A stretch of DNA of 64,000 nt. It comes from a virus (taxonomy: Duplodnaviria > Heunggongvirae > Uroviricota > Caudoviricetes). Below, piece by piece: positions 1-9,798 of the stretch. Location: the IMG/VR virus record IMGVR_UViG_3300037225_000328, positions 45,793 to 109,792 of that record. One strand, 5' to 3'. Below the pieces are notes generated by a model, which worked only from the letters and a program-made list of their open reading frames with translations, searched no databases and was not told the origin of the DNA. Numbering within the stretch: the stretch's first letter is position 1; each line of letters begins with the position of its first letter. The position numbers were made by a program, and so were the translations under genes.

Positions 1-149
1 CATCAACACTGCTCCCTATCGCCATGTAGTTTGCTTGAGGAATTTTAGGGGCGCGAACCTCGGATAAATGTTGCAAATAAAAATCCTCAGGGCTTTTTTC
101 CCAAAGAGCTAAACTAGACGGGCTGAGGTAGGTAGGAATACGCATAAAA

Positions 150-638
150 TTATACCTTATTTAATACTGCAAATTTACCGTGATATTTTAATGCTGCTTC
201 ATTATAAGCTTTTGCTGCGTCTTTTTTATCATCAAAGAGTCCCAACCAAATTTCTTTCCAATTGATACAAATACGAGCTTGCCATTTATTGTGTTGTTTA
301 TTCCAAGTTACACCTTTATAGCCCGATTTATTATTTTTACGAATCCCCTGATTATGTTGATTTTGAGAATTAGTGGCAATTCGCAAGTTACTTCGTCTAT
401 TATTTAATCCATTTCTATCTCTATGATCAATCTTTTTCCCGGCGATATGAAGTCTCATTCTTTTTAAAATTTCTCGATGCATCCGAATACGTATTGTTTT
501 TAATCCAATTCTCACCGATCTTTTTGCATAGTGTGTTTTATGAATATAACACGCATACCACTTCCACTGCATCAAGAAATCATAATCTTGATCATCAACT
601 AACGCAAACTTACCTTGTGTCAATGGAATTCGTTTCAT
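150..638 (-). CDS. HNH-AP2 freestanding homing endonuclease-like protein (copy 1)
   Basis: HNH motif (IDHRDRNGLNNRRSNLRIAT) followed by an AP2-type DNA-binding domain (SGYKGVTWNK...AYNEAALKYHGKFAVLN). Conserved N-terminus IPLTQGKFALVDDQDYDFLMQWKWY is shared with three other copies. ATGA-type overlap with the ligase start at 635-638. Confidence 0.7.
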   Translation of the reverse strand: MKRIPLTQGKFALVDDQDYDFLMQWKWYACYIHKTHYAKRSVRIGLKTIRIRMHREILKRMRLHIAGKKIDHRDRNGLNNRRSNLRIATNSQNQHNQGIRKNNKSGYKGVTWNKQHNKWQARICINWKEIWLGLFDDKKDAAKAYNEAALKYHGKFAVLNKV

Positions 639-1720
639 TCTTCGTCTCGCTTTCTTAGGAGTCTTGCTTCTTTTGGAATTCCTTCATCACTTAGTTCACG
701 ATAAATAAATGTCACTGACTCACCCGTTGTATATTTAAGTCCTTGGGTTCCCTCTGGCATATCCTCACCAGGATGTTGTGCAGCATACTTTACACTTTCG
801 GTCTTAGCAAAAAGACGTTCTGAATCAGTAAGGCCGCCTAATTCAAGTCGCTTCCCTTTATAATCAACAATCAATGCCCCAATCTTACCAAGATGCTTGG
901 AACCTTTATTAGTCTCGCGTCCCGCTGTGAAACCTGTAATAGTTCCTTCAGCATCATTGAAGGGTTTATACTTTAACAGTGTACGCACACGGCGAGGCTC
1001 CCATTGAGACATAGGATCTCGAAGTACAATGCCTTCCCCTCCATCGGATACTGTTTTCTCTAAAATCTCTTCAATAACAGCCTCATAATTTTCTTCGGGC
1101 AATTTACGTTGACGAAGTAAATAAACAGGTCCATCATCAAAAGCTGCTCTAAGACATGTCAACTCTTCATCAAATGTTGCTCCATCTTGAACCCGCATGA
1201 AGCCACTACCAAGAATCTCATTTCGCCGGTGAATGAATTCTGATATCTTATCTGAGTTCATCTGACAATACATATTTGCATTACGAATTAATCCATCGAA
1301 TGCAAAATTATCCGGGTGTGGCGAACCAAACACTGCGTATTCAACATCTGACCAACCCGGTCCCGGTTCATCATCAGCACAAATCGACCGTAGAAGCTGA
1401 AAATTTCCTCGACCGGCCCATAGCTCTCCATCCAGCATTATCGGCGGAAGTTTATTAAGAAACCAATCGGGAGCCATAATAGGATTACCATACCGGCTCC
1501 ATAGGCCCGTTGACATTGGTTTGATACGATTTTTTTCATGCTGGGTTTTAGGATCTATTACTCCTGCCCACGGAACTTTTCGGGTTGGAATACCACGAGT
1601 TAATCCACCATCCCAAAAAGCACGAGTACCATCAAGCTTCTCGGATACATACCAACCAGCCACTTTATACTTTGTTGGTTGGTATTTATGAGCCAGCATT
1701 AGGAATTCACGAAGTTGCAT
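635..1720 (-). CDS. ATP-dependent DNA ligase
   Basis: Nucleotidyltransferase motifs: motif I KLDGTR, motif III LDGELW, motif IV EGIVLR, motif V LLKYK. Confidence 0.75.
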   Translation of the reverse strand: MQLREFLMLAHKYQPTKYKVAGWYVSEKLDGTRAFWDGGLTRGIPTRKVPWAGVIDPKTQHEKNRIKPMSTGLWSRYGNPIMAPDWFLNKLPPIMLDGELWAGRGNFQLLRSICADDEPGPGWSDVEYAVFGSPHPDNFAFDGLIRNANMYCQMNSDKISEFIHRRNEILGSGFMRVQDGATFDEELTCLRAAFDDGPVYLLRQRKLPEENYEAVIEEILEKTVSDGGEGIVLRDPMSQWEPRRVRTLLKYKPFNDAEGTITGFTAGRETNKGSKHLGKIGALIVDYKGKRLELGGLTDSERLFAKTESVKYAAQHPGEDMPEGTQGLKYTTGESVTFIYRELSDEGIPKEARLLRKRDEE

Positions 1721-1731
1721 CCTTAACTCCT

Positions 1732-2313
1732 TTACTTAACAGCATCAATAGCCGGGCGCTTCAATAGTTGCTCAATTCGGTATGTCAAATCCTTAACTTG
1801 TTTCATCAACTCCAATTTCTCTTCCGTTAGTTTCTTAATAGCCGGGGTAGCAACTTCAAGTTTTGCTATCAAATTCGCATTAGCTTGGGATAGCCTTGCA
1901 TTTTCAATCGCTAATTGTTCATTAGCCTGGCCTAAATCTTTCATCTGCTCTTCATCATCGTCCTTACCCGCTTGCAAAGCAGCATTTGCATCTGTAAGTT
2001 CCTTAATAAGACTCCCGGCTCGTTCCAATTCCTTCATCAATCGGGCCGATTCGGCTTCATTACTTCGTAAAGCTGCAACGGCTTTTACAAGTTTAGCATC
2101 CAATGCTTCAATTTCTCGTGATTGACGCACACAAACTTCCTGAGTTCGAGAGGCAAATTCAATAGCATTATCCGCAGCAATAATATCTACTTGACGAAAT
2201 GCCTGAGCCGTTTGAGTATTATTAACCAAATTTAAATACACATTAGTACCATAGTGATCCGCAGCAACCACAGCAAGCGCCAATAATGCAACAAGAGAAT
2301 AAAGATACTTCAT
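1732..2313 (-). CDS. N-terminally anchored or secreted coiled-coil protein (i-spanin-like topology)
   Basis: Hydrophobic N-terminus MKYLYSLVALLALAVVAA followed by an extended Ala/Glu/Leu/Lys-rich coiled coil. Confidence 0.4.
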   Translation of the reverse strand: MKYLYSLVALLALAVVAADHYGTNVYLNLVNNTQTAQAFRQVDIIAADNAIEFASRTQEVCVRQSREIEALDAKLVKAVAALRSNEAESARLMKELERAGSLIKELTDANAALQAGKDDDEEQMKDLGQANEQLAIENARLSQANANLIAKLEVATPAIKKLTEEKLELMKQVKDLTYRIEQLLKRPAIDAVK

Positions 2314-2960
2314 TGAATAGCCTCCACATACCGTTGATAAAGATTTAACCGCAATAAACTAATTGTTTGTTGACTTAATCCAACTTCTTCCCCAATTTCT
2401 GCATCCGTATAACCGGCTTCTCGCAATTCAAGAATTCGCCGTTCAATAGGCGTACTAATAATAGCCTCTAATGCATCCCGGAATTCAAAATCACTCTCAG
2501 TATCAACTGGTACTCCATCCAGCGCGTCATTTGAAAATTTCACAAGTGCTTCCTTTCCTTTTTTCCAGTTTCGTATTTGTGACATCACGGGAATTGGAAT
2601 AACTGAATTTTTCATCAGCATTTCATTAACTTGTTGAAGAACGGCAACCGCCGTATAATTTAATAGTTTTGTATGGTGGACAGGTGGATCTCCAGTTATA
2701 AATTTATCAACAAGAGTGACAACTGTTAATGCCGCCTCACTTACCATATCTTCTAATTCATTCCAATTTCCGGGATATACTGCAAGTATTGTTCCAACAC
2801 ATCGTTTAGCAACTAACATTAAATACTGAATTAATAGTTCTTTTGCCTTTTGGTCGCCCCAATATATCTGTGTTACTATCTCACCCAACTTATCAGCATC
2901 GGGAACTGATGGTAAATTATCCATTAGAGGATGATTAAACATTAATGGTTCAAGTTTCAT
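2310..2960 (-). CDS. phage sigma-factor-like protein
   Basis: C-terminal region-4-like HTH (RRILELREAGYTDAEIGEEVGLSQQTISLLRLNLYQR) and a region-2-like segment (LIQYLMLVAKRCVGTILAVY...LVDKF). Confidence 0.5.
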   Translation of the reverse strand: MKLEPLMFNHPLMDNLPSVPDADKLGEIVTQIYWGDQKAKELLIQYLMLVAKRCVGTILAVYPGNWNELEDMVSEAALTVVTLVDKFITGDPPVHHTKLLNYTAVAVLQQVNEMLMKNSVIPIPVMSQIRNWKKGKEALVKFSNDALDGVPVDTESDFEFRDALEAIISTPIERRILELREAGYTDAEIGEEVGLSQQTISLLRLNLYQRYVEAIQ

Positions 2961-3441
2961 TACTAGCCTCCATCCTAGTTAATTTCCATAAAATTCGGGG
3001 AAAGAAATTAAACTGAGGGTGTTCAGAAAATGAATAAATCTTTCCTGTTGGATCATAAATATGTTTCCCATCCCACGCTACTGAGTGACCTATTTTGTTT
3101 TTTCTTATTCCTTCGATTACTCCATTCTTACATTGAGTTAGATGCCGCAAAAATCGTGCCCAATTCCCCGCCTCATCTACGAAATAAATAGTCCGAATTT
3201 CAGAATAATCTGGAGTAATTTGAGGAAATAATTCAACCGGTGTGCCGGCCCAACCGAATTTTTGAATAGCTTCAATACACTCTTGTACATGAAAACCAGC
3301 ATGGAATCTTGGATTCTGGTAGGGACATTTACTCCCATCATGACCAATTTCATGAATCAAGACGCCAAACGGTATATCACAAGCAATTGCGAATGCAGTT
3401 GGGAGGCAGGACCAGGGGTTTGTGATGGGAATTTTAAACAT
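2950..3441 (-). CDS. hypothetical protein with HExxH (HEIGH) motif, possible metallopeptidase
   Basis: HEIGHDGS motif; conserved Cys near the N-terminus (WSCLPTAFAIACD). Confidence 0.3.
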   Translation of the reverse strand: MFKIPITNPWSCLPTAFAIACDIPFGVLIHEIGHDGSKCPYQNPRFHAGFHVQECIEAIQKFGWAGTPVELFPQITPDYSEIRTIYFVDEAGNWARFLRHLTQCKNGVIEGIRKNKIGHSVAWDGKHIYDPTGKIYSFSEHPQFNFFPRILWKLTRMEASNET

Positions 3442-3451
3442 GATGTTGCCT

Positions 3452-3643
3452 TTAATAAACAGTTTTAGTGGCTCGGCGGCCTTGTCCTTGCGTTTGTATA
3501 CGCTTCTTAGGAGCCTTCTTAGCCGCTGACTTCCCCATTACCTTAGAAGGGTCAAGAGCCTTTGGCTGCTTCGCTGGCTTCGCTAGCATGATACCACGAG
3601 TATCTTTAGCAGTTGGCGATGTAGGTTTAGGTGCGCGTTTCAT
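3452..3643 (-). CDS. small lysine-rich basic protein
   Basis: 63 aa; Lys/Ala/Pro-rich (AKKAPKKRIQTQGQGRR). Confidence 0.35.
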   Translation of the reverse strand: MKRAPKPTSPTAKDTRGIMLAKPAKQPKALDPSKVMGKSAAKKAPKKRIQTQGQGRRATKTVY

Positions 3644-3652
3644 AATTATCTC

Positions 3653-3868
3653 CTAGCAAGGCTGACGAAAACATGGTGGGACCAAAGCTGACAACACATA
3701 ATGAGCCGCCAGTGCAATACTAACAACAACGAGTACATAAAAAACAACAGAAGCACACATCGCCCCATAAGATTCCAGTGTGCCGTCCTTTGGACGATCT
3801 TCCTTTTCTACATAATCAACCATTGTTTGATGCAATTTACTAACAAAACCATTCAAAAATCTCTTCAT
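3653..3868 (-). CDS. small membrane protein
   Basis: Hydrophobic segment VVFYVLVVVSIALAAHYVLSAL. Confidence 0.4.
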   Translation of the reverse strand: MKRFLNGFVSKLHQTMVDYVEKEDRPKDGTLESYGAMCASVVFYVLVVVSIALAAHYVLSALVPPCFRQPC

Positions 3869-4023
3869 AATTTCTCCTCAACAAACGAACCTGCGGCTGT
3901 AAGAAATCCAACCATTGCTACAATACCTGCTACCGGTCCTGGCATACCCATATAATGCCATAGTACCACAGAACTAATTAACATAGTAGTGCCAAAAACT
4001 AATTGTAAAACTTTCATAATCAT
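3865..4023 (-). CDS. small membrane protein, 52 aa, below the ORF-track size cutoff
   Basis: Manual translation gives MIMKVLQLVFGTTMLISSVVLWHYMGMPGPVAGIVAMVGFLTAAGSFVEEKL. Its stop overlaps the ATG of the downstream gene (ATGA). Confidence 0.35.
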   Translation of the reverse strand: MIMKVLQLVFGTTMLISSVVLWHYMGMPGPVAGIVAMVGFLTAAGSFVEEKL

Positions 4024-4167
4024 AACTCCGGTTTTGTACTTTCGCTCCGAGCAACTGCAAGTCCTTGCTTAATTGCTCGCTTTTTTGCTCTCAAAGAACT
4101 TCCCTTGTCCCCTGCTTTATACGAATATTTCTTCTGTGAACCCCATTGCCAAGCGGGTTTACCTTTA

Positions 4168-4578
4168 TCAGTCGTTCGATGAACTGGCATCTTCATTCTC
4201 CAATTCTGCAAGAAGGGCATCTATATCAATAGGCCCCCAAGTCTTTTTCCAGTAATCCTTCCAATTAGGCCCCTTAAAAAGTTTCTCATATTCATCTTCT
4301 GTGGCGGCAGTTAGAAGCCATATTCCTGTTCCATATTTATCTAAAATAGGAAACTTAATCCGTTGTGCTTTAGTGAAAGTATACTCTCCAGGATTTTTTA
4401 CTTCCAACCAACGCTGACCCCACTTTGGATGGGTAATGTATAAATCGGGCAGCCCGAACTGCCATCCGATCCCTACAATTCTTTCCACATGCCAACCACG
4501 CTCCCGAAGAAAGCAACATATCTCCTTCTGGATTCCATACTCTGGTCCGTGGGCTTTACGAATCTTTGGTCGGTTCAT
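4168..4578 (-). CDS. VRR-NUC domain nuclease (PD-(D/E)XK)
   Basis: GLPDLYITH ... WLEVKNPG ... TKAQRIKF fits the VRR-NUC D...E.K pattern. Confidence 0.55.
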   Translation of the reverse strand: MNRPKIRKAHGPEYGIQKEICCFLRERGWHVERIVGIGWQFGLPDLYITHPKWGQRWLEVKNPGEYTFTKAQRIKFPILDKYGTGIWLLTAATEDEYEKLFKGPNWKDYWKKTWGPIDIDALLAELENEDASSSND

Positions 4579-4754
4579 GAAGATACCGGTACTTCTACTC
4601 CCTCAATTCGTACTAGCAACTTGCTTAAATCATCTCGGGTTTTTGTACGATACTCTGGAATACCCCAGTGGTGAGCTAGAGCCATTAATTGGGGAAGCGT
4701 TAAATTCGCTAACCAACCCTGTCGTTCTTCTATCGTTAGTGCCATAATAGTCTC

Positions 4755-5249
4755 CTATTTGTAATGATGAGCCGTTGTAACATCCCATCTTGTAGGTAGT
4801 TTATCTAAAATTTCAATATGTTGACGATCTCCTAATCCAACAGCCTTATAAAATGGACCCCATAATTGTTTATTTTCCCCGCTTCTCAGTATTGCACACC
4901 GATACGATAAGCAAACAGGACTTCTATACTTCCAAGGTAATCTGCAATCCCCATTCCAAAATCCATTAGTTTCGTCAAAAAGATTTAAAATAACATCAAA
5001 TGCCTCATTTGGTATTGCCTTCAAATAACCAAGACAACCAGCACACCCTAAACAACAACCACGTCGATCTGAACCTATCTTCTTCGTACACCCGTAACTC
5101 TCAAACCGGCAGCCAAAATCAATTTCAGAACACCGCTCAGCAATAAATTTCCATTCATCCCAGGTATATGAACCTTGCTTATCTCCAATCATTCGTTTAA
5201 AAATAGCTTCCCGATCTTTAAACGAATATTTTTTGAGCAGTGGAAACAA
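4755..5249 (-). CDS. cysteine-rich hypothetical protein
   Basis: Multiple CxxC-like clusters (GCCLGCAGCLGY, FGCRFESYGC). Confidence 0.4.
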   Translation of the reverse strand: MFPLLKKYSFKDREAIFKRMIGDKQGSYTWDEWKFIAERCSEIDFGCRFESYGCTKKIGSDRRGCCLGCAGCLGYLKAIPNEAFDVILNLFDETNGFWNGDCRLPWKYRSPVCLSYRCAILRSGENKQLWGPFYKAVGLGDRQHIEILDKLPTRWDVTTAHHYK

Positions 5250-5303
5250 TAGTCATCTTCATCTAACCAGATGTAACGACCTAATTTTTCACAGCCTTTA
5301 CAC

Positions 5304-5498
5304 TTACTGTCTGACATTTAATGGGCACTCCACCCCTTCAATTTGAGCAAGTTGTAATTTTAGCATATTGACATCCATTTCCTTCCACCGAATCAAGGAC
5401 CATTGTTGCGCTAAACCACGGACAGCATCATCAGAGAGGCTATTAAGCCAAGCAAGACGCCCTGATTTATTTAATAATGAGTTTCGTTGTGGAGGCAT
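5304..5498 (-). CDS. small SAP/Rho_N-like protein (paralog family member)
   Basis: MPPQ...AWLNSLSDDAVRGLAQQ resembles the two downstream paralogs. Confidence 0.35.
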   Translation of the reverse strand: MPPQRNSLLNKSGRLAWLNSLSDDAVRGLAQQWSLIRWKEMDVNMLKLQLAQIEGVECPLNVRQ

Positions 5499-5501
5499 AA
5501 A

Positions 5502-6128
5502 TCACCTATTATGTTTTCTAAGGTATTTAATTGCATTTTTAAGAACATTTATATCTTCATCAAAGAATCCCAGTGCTGCATTACATTTGTGACAAAGTAA
5601 GCCTCGAATCTTACCTGTTTTATGATTATGATCAACTGATAATCGTCGTTTAGATTTTTTACCACATATAGTACAACAATTATTTTGTTTTCTTTTTAAT
5701 TCATTGTATTGGGTTAAAGTAAGATTATAAATCTTTTTTAATCGAGATTTTTCTTTAGATTCTTTAACTTTAATCGTATTTGTTTCTCGATATCGTTTTC
5801 TATCTTGTAATCTTTGATCTCGATGTTTTTGATAGCTTTTTTGACTTGATTCTTGTCGTTCTTTTTTATGCTTATTATGATAATCTCGTTCATAATTAGA
5901 ATTCTTCTTTAATCTCTTTTTACGAGATTTTTTATTAGAAGCTCTTGATTGCTCTAAATGAGTGTCCCTATATTTACGTTTTTCTTCACTTCGTTTCTCC
6001 CGGTGTCTTGCATAAGATTCTCGATTTAAACGTCTGGTAGCCTCAAGGCGCTCTTGATGTGTATTGTAAAGTTTCTTACTCATTGAATTGTCTGATCTGT
6101 TTTTCTTGTACTTAACGGGTTGACACAT
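5502..6128 (-). CDS. HNH endonuclease, T4 endonuclease VII-like
   Basis: CTICGKK...VDHNHKTGKIRGLLCHKCNAALGFF; Lys/Arg-rich N-terminal half. Paralogous to 21904..22392. Confidence 0.65.
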   Translation of the reverse strand: MCQPVKYKKNRSDNSMSKKLYNTHQERLEATRRLNRESYARHREKRSEEKRKYRDTHLEQSRASNKKSRKKRLKKNSNYERDYHNKHKKERQESSQKSYQKHRDQRLQDRKRYRETNTIKVKESKEKSRLKKIYNLTLTQYNELKRKQNNCCTICGKKSKRRLSVDHNHKTGKIRGLLCHKCNAALGFFDEDINVLKNAIKYLRKHNR

Positions 6129-6289
6129 ATATCCATATACGTTAGTGCGCTGACCAACTGCGCGCTAGTCATCTTCATATAACTAGAGATACCTCGATCC
6201 TTAGCAAGTTGTTGTAATGTTGCTAAGGATAAAGTTTGAAGCCAGTTGTGTCTTTCGACAACTTCCATATTAAATTGTGGCCTTGGCAT
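6080..6289 (-). CDS. small SAP/Rho_N-like protein (paralog A)
   Basis: MPRP...WLQTLSLATLQQLAKDRGI...NPLST; tandem paralog of 6289..6495. Confidence 0.45.
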   Translation of the reverse strand: MPRPQFNMEVVERHNWLQTLSLATLQQLAKDRGISSYMKMTSAQLVSALTYMDICVNPLSTRKTDQTIQ

Positions 6290-6495
6290 TACAATCTCCT
6301 ATCATGTTTTGGGGTGCTTAATGGGTTAATAGTAGGTCCAAGTACCATGAGTTGTTGTAGTAAATACTTTCTTGGTAAAGTATCCGAATCCGGAATGCCA
6401 CGTTGCTTTGCCAACATTCGTAATCGTGTGTCATCAAGACTTTGTAGCCACATTTCTCGTTCTATTTCAAATTTTCCTGGGCTCGGTCTTGGCAT
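6289..6495 (-). CDS. small SAP/Rho_N-like protein (paralog B)
   Basis: MPRP...WLQSLDDTRLRMLAKQRGI...NPLST. Confidence 0.45.
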   Translation of the reverse strand: MPRPSPGKFEIEREMWLQSLDDTRLRMLAKQRGIPDSDTLPRKYLLQQLMVLGPTINPLSTPKHDRRL

Positions 6496-6506
6496 AATTA
6501 TCTCCT

Positions 6507-6875
6507 TTACAGGTCAGGTAACAATTCAATTTGTTCAGAAAATATAGCTACATGCTTTAAGCAGTACCAACATTGTTCATTTTGATTTTCTGACAAAGCT
6601 GGAATATGAACAATTCCACCTTTATAAATATCTTGAGCCTCCAATCCTGGTAGAAAGAATAAATAACCAGTTTCAACTCGATATGGATCCACAAAAGTAA
6701 TATTTACTTTCTGTCCGGCTCTAGCAAAGTCCCAATCTTCTCCAATTAATTTATCTTTTGGAAATTCAATATCATCAGTGCAACTTTGTATCAATAATGC
6801 GAGTAAACGACACAAACCTTCATTTTGTGCTAAGTGAACTGTAACATATCGGTGTATTAATTCTTGTTCATTCAT
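6507..6875 (-). CDS. hypothetical protein
   Basis: 122-aa ORF in the operon. Confidence 0.4.
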   Translation of the reverse strand: MNEQELIHRYVTVHLAQNEGLCRLLALLIQSCTDDIEFPKDKLIGEDWDFARAGQKVNITFVDPYRVETGYLFFLPGLEAQDIYKGGIVHIPALSENQNEQCWYCLKHVAIFSEQIELLPDL

Positions 6876-6909
6876 GTAAGCACTGGCTCCAATATAATAG
6901 TATTATTTT

Positions 6910-7394
6910 TCATTGCGCCCCACACCCAATATTTTCGTCAGGGTGAATTTTTTCTTGTGTTTTATGAAACCAATCAATTACATCAAGCAAATAATCCTGC
7001 CCTGTTTCTAACGCTCTTTTCTTACAAAGATCGACATCGGTATCTACAATCATGACATACCGCCGCCAGTCAACATCCGGTGAAGGCGTAAACATATCCC
7101 TATGCTTACGATTCAAACCAGTCGAATCTAAAATCACTGTCTTGTTTTCAGCCCAAAACAATGCCCGAATCATTGTGCGAGTTGTCGCCCAAACCTCATG
7201 TTCAATCGGCCCCCACCATCGACGGCCGGTGTAACATAGACGCAATGCGTCTGGAGAAACAATGGATATTTTTGTTGACAGGCCCATGTAGATTTGCCCG
7301 AACGAGGTAATCCAACCATCATGATTAGTCGGTTGCCTGTACATGTCAATCCGTCATATTGTGTTGTATCAATATCTCGATTATCAGTAATCAT
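6910..7394 (-). pseudogene. P-loop polynucleotide kinase (AAA_33/zeta-like), split by a -1 frameshift at an A5 run
   Basis: ORF 7170..7394 carries Walker A (MMVGLPRSGKSTWA). ORF 6910..7344, in the -1 frame, continues with ISIVSPDALRL...VILDSTGLNRKHRDMF. The frames meet at the minus-strand A5 run (plus coordinates 7269-7273). One extra A would give a continuous kinase. Confidence 0.6.
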
Positions 7395-7395
7395 A

Positions 7396-9798
7396 TTACC
7401 TCTTGTATGTAATGTGAACTAATTCGGAACTTGATTTCTTTTCCGCCCAATTTGCCATATTCAACATCCATTTCATTCCAATCAATGGGACTTGTTCCCG
7501 ATACGATTCAACGGCTTCGGTAACTACATCAGCCACTTGTTTAATAAAATTTGGATGAGTTACGCACATAATTTCATCATGCACATTAATTGGAGCAACC
7601 ACAAAGGGATTAACTCCATACGGTTGTAAATTCCAAATCTTCCGTTGTACTCGTTTAGTTATTTCAGCCCCAGGCGATTGAATTAAGTGATTATTGGCAG
7701 CCCTCATATCAGCAGCTTGAATCTGAAACGCAGCCCCATAAAGAGCACTGCTTACTGCCCCACCCACAGTTTGAATGCGATCTCGACGTACACATTTAAT
7801 TGGGCATTGCTTCCATAATTTTGGAGTATTTGAGGCCAGGTTAAATAGTGCTTTACAAATCTTATTCTCTAATGTAAAGTATCGTCGAAACCCCAGAAAT
7901 GTTTCTACATAGTCATCTGGATCATTCCACACAACTTGTGTACCGATACCACCGGGCTGACGCATTGAACAAAAGCTATCATAAATCCGCATACGGGCTT
8001 CCCCGATACCAGGATATTTGGAAACCCACCGACCGTATGCCGCCTCGGCTACTTTTAATGGTATACCTAGCTTCTGATTCCAGGTATTATAATCACCACC
8101 ATAAAAGAATCCAAACACCCCTTGCTTGCCTTTAGTATACATATCAAGAATCTTGCTACCATCAGAGGCAACTACTTCTTCATAAGTATGCCCTGGAAAT
8201 AACTCGACCCCCAATAAAGCGTGAATCTTTTTACCATCCAATAGTGTTTGATGAAGGGCCGGATCTTTAAATACCGCATCAGCTAATGTTACCTCGAATG
8301 AATCAAAGTCACCGCCACAAAGAACATAACCTGGCCAAGTCAATGGAAACATCTTTCTCACAACCTTAGCGTGAGAAATTCCCTGAGCATTCAAACCATC
8401 ACCGCCTGACATTCGTGATGATAGTGTGCCAATTACTTTGAAGCTAGCATGAAACCTACCGGCTTTTAACAGTTTTTTATACAGTTCAATTTCTTTATTC
8501 GCAATTTTAATTTCTAAAAGTTCTTGGGCACGTTTTGATGCTGGATGCTGACCTATTTGCAAAGCCCCTTTACCGCCGCATCGAAGACAGGGATTGCCTT
8601 TATCATCTGTTCCTGATGTTCCACATCTATCGCATGGTTCTTCTTTTTCAATATACCAATTTGCTCCATCTCGTATTTGTTCAAGATTTGCTTTTTTAGT
8701 TGATTCCTCCAAAAGCATAGCTTCCATATCATTCATACAAACTGTAATATAATGACGAACAGCCGGTGGTTTATTAATATTGATTGGAGAATTATCAACA
8801 ATCTTCTGAGCCCCTGTCATCAACTCTTCAATTCCTTCACGATCTATTGTGAAACCGTGCCAACGAACAGCGGCAACCATGTGTGCAAGAGTTGAATCAT
8901 CATCGCCTAATTCAGGACAACCAAAATGCTCATATAATTTGCGAGTATAAACAATATCATCACTCGCATACTCGCGGGCAGGTTCATTCGTTGCCCAATG
9001 TTCAATGTGTTTTGCAATCACACCGGGCCATGCAAATCCTATCGGCTCACCTTCATTATCATAAGCATCCCATAATGGGGGTTTTGCAACCGCTAACGCT
9101 GTCGGGGCATACCCTAATTCTGCGGGTCGATATTCACTTCCTAATTCAACATCCTTAAAATAATGTTTAGGTTTTAAGTTAAGTGCATACTCAGCAAGAT
9201 ATTTCAAACCGCCAGCCGCGTGAAATTTTAAGACAACATCTTTAAAGTCTTTATTAATTGCCCCTGTTTTCTTGCTAACAATATCCATCACCTTCCATCG
9301 AGGAGCCGACTTATCGACCGTTTTGGCGAAATAAATTCCATCAAGCTCAATAGTTTTTTCAAGATGCTCCGCAAGGGCCGGGGCAAGTGCGGCGGGTACT
9401 CGTCGTATTTTAATGTTCTCTCTTTCCATTAGTGATTGCATTGGACCTTTTCGAGAAATAAGCATAAGATCACAAGCGGCCACTGGTTTAATACAAGGGC
9501 CATCCATTCCATCTGCTTCACGCATTGCTATTTCATTAATGTGTTGTTCTGGAACCCAATCTCCTGGAAATAGTCGGAAGATCGTATACATCTTCGCTAA
9601 AAGAAACCAGTCGAAGGTGTTATTAAATCCAATATAATTATTCTCAGTAAATAATTCAATAAGTTTTAATGTTTCACTTATAGGTTGTCGCCAAGGCTCA
9701 TAAAGAATAATTGGTCCATCTTCAAGGGCATATTGAATCAACACTGCCATCGAGTGCAATCCGCAACTTTCACAATCAACAAAGATATTTTTAGACAT
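7396..9798 (-). CDS. family A DNA polymerase with N-terminal 3'-5' exonuclease
   Basis: Exo I FVDCES; motif A GGDFDSFEV; motif B KGKQGVFGFFYGG; motif C VHDEIMCV. Confidence 0.75.
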   Translation of the reverse strand: MSKNIFVDCESCGLHSMAVLIQYALEDGPIILYEPWRQPISETLKLIELFTENNYIGFNNTFDWFLLAKMYTIFRLFPGDWVPEQHINEIAMREADGMDGPCIKPVAACDLMLISRKGPMQSLMERENIKIRRVPAALAPALAEHLEKTIELDGIYFAKTVDKSAPRWKVMDIVSKKTGAINKDFKDVVLKFHAAGGLKYLAEYALNLKPKHYFKDVELGSEYRPAELGYAPTALAVAKPPLWDAYDNEGEPIGFAWPGVIAKHIEHWATNEPAREYASDDIVYTRKLYEHFGCPELGDDDSTLAHMVAAVRWHGFTIDREGIEELMTGAQKIVDNSPININKPPAVRHYITVCMNDMEAMLLEESTKKANLEQIRDGANWYIEKEEPCDRCGTSGTDDKGNPCLRCGGKGALQIGQHPASKRAQELLEIKIANKEIELYKKLLKAGRFHASFKVIGTLSSRMSGGDGLNAQGISHAKVVRKMFPLTWPGYVLCGGDFDSFEVTLADAVFKDPALHQTLLDGKKIHALLGVELFPGHTYEEVVASDGSKILDMYTKGKQGVFGFFYGGDYNTWNQKLGIPLKVAEAAYGRWVSKYPGIGEARMRIYDSFCSMRQPGGIGTQVVWNDPDDYVETFLGFRRYFTLENKICKALFNLASNTPKLWKQCPIKCVRRDRIQTVGGAVSSALYGAAFQIQAADMRAANNHLIQSPGAEITKRVQRKIWNLQPYGVNPFVVAPINVHDEIMCVTHPNFIKQVADVVTEAVESYREQVPLIGMKWMLNMANWAEKKSSSELVHITYKR

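Noticed and set aside
7899-9637. Short plus-strand ORFs inside the DNA polymerase gene (7899..8135, 8883..9158, 9413..9637) and similar antisense ORFs inside other large genes
   Set aside because: They lie fully inside well-supported minus-strand genes, lack start contexts, and have low-complexity composition. They are typical antisense noise.
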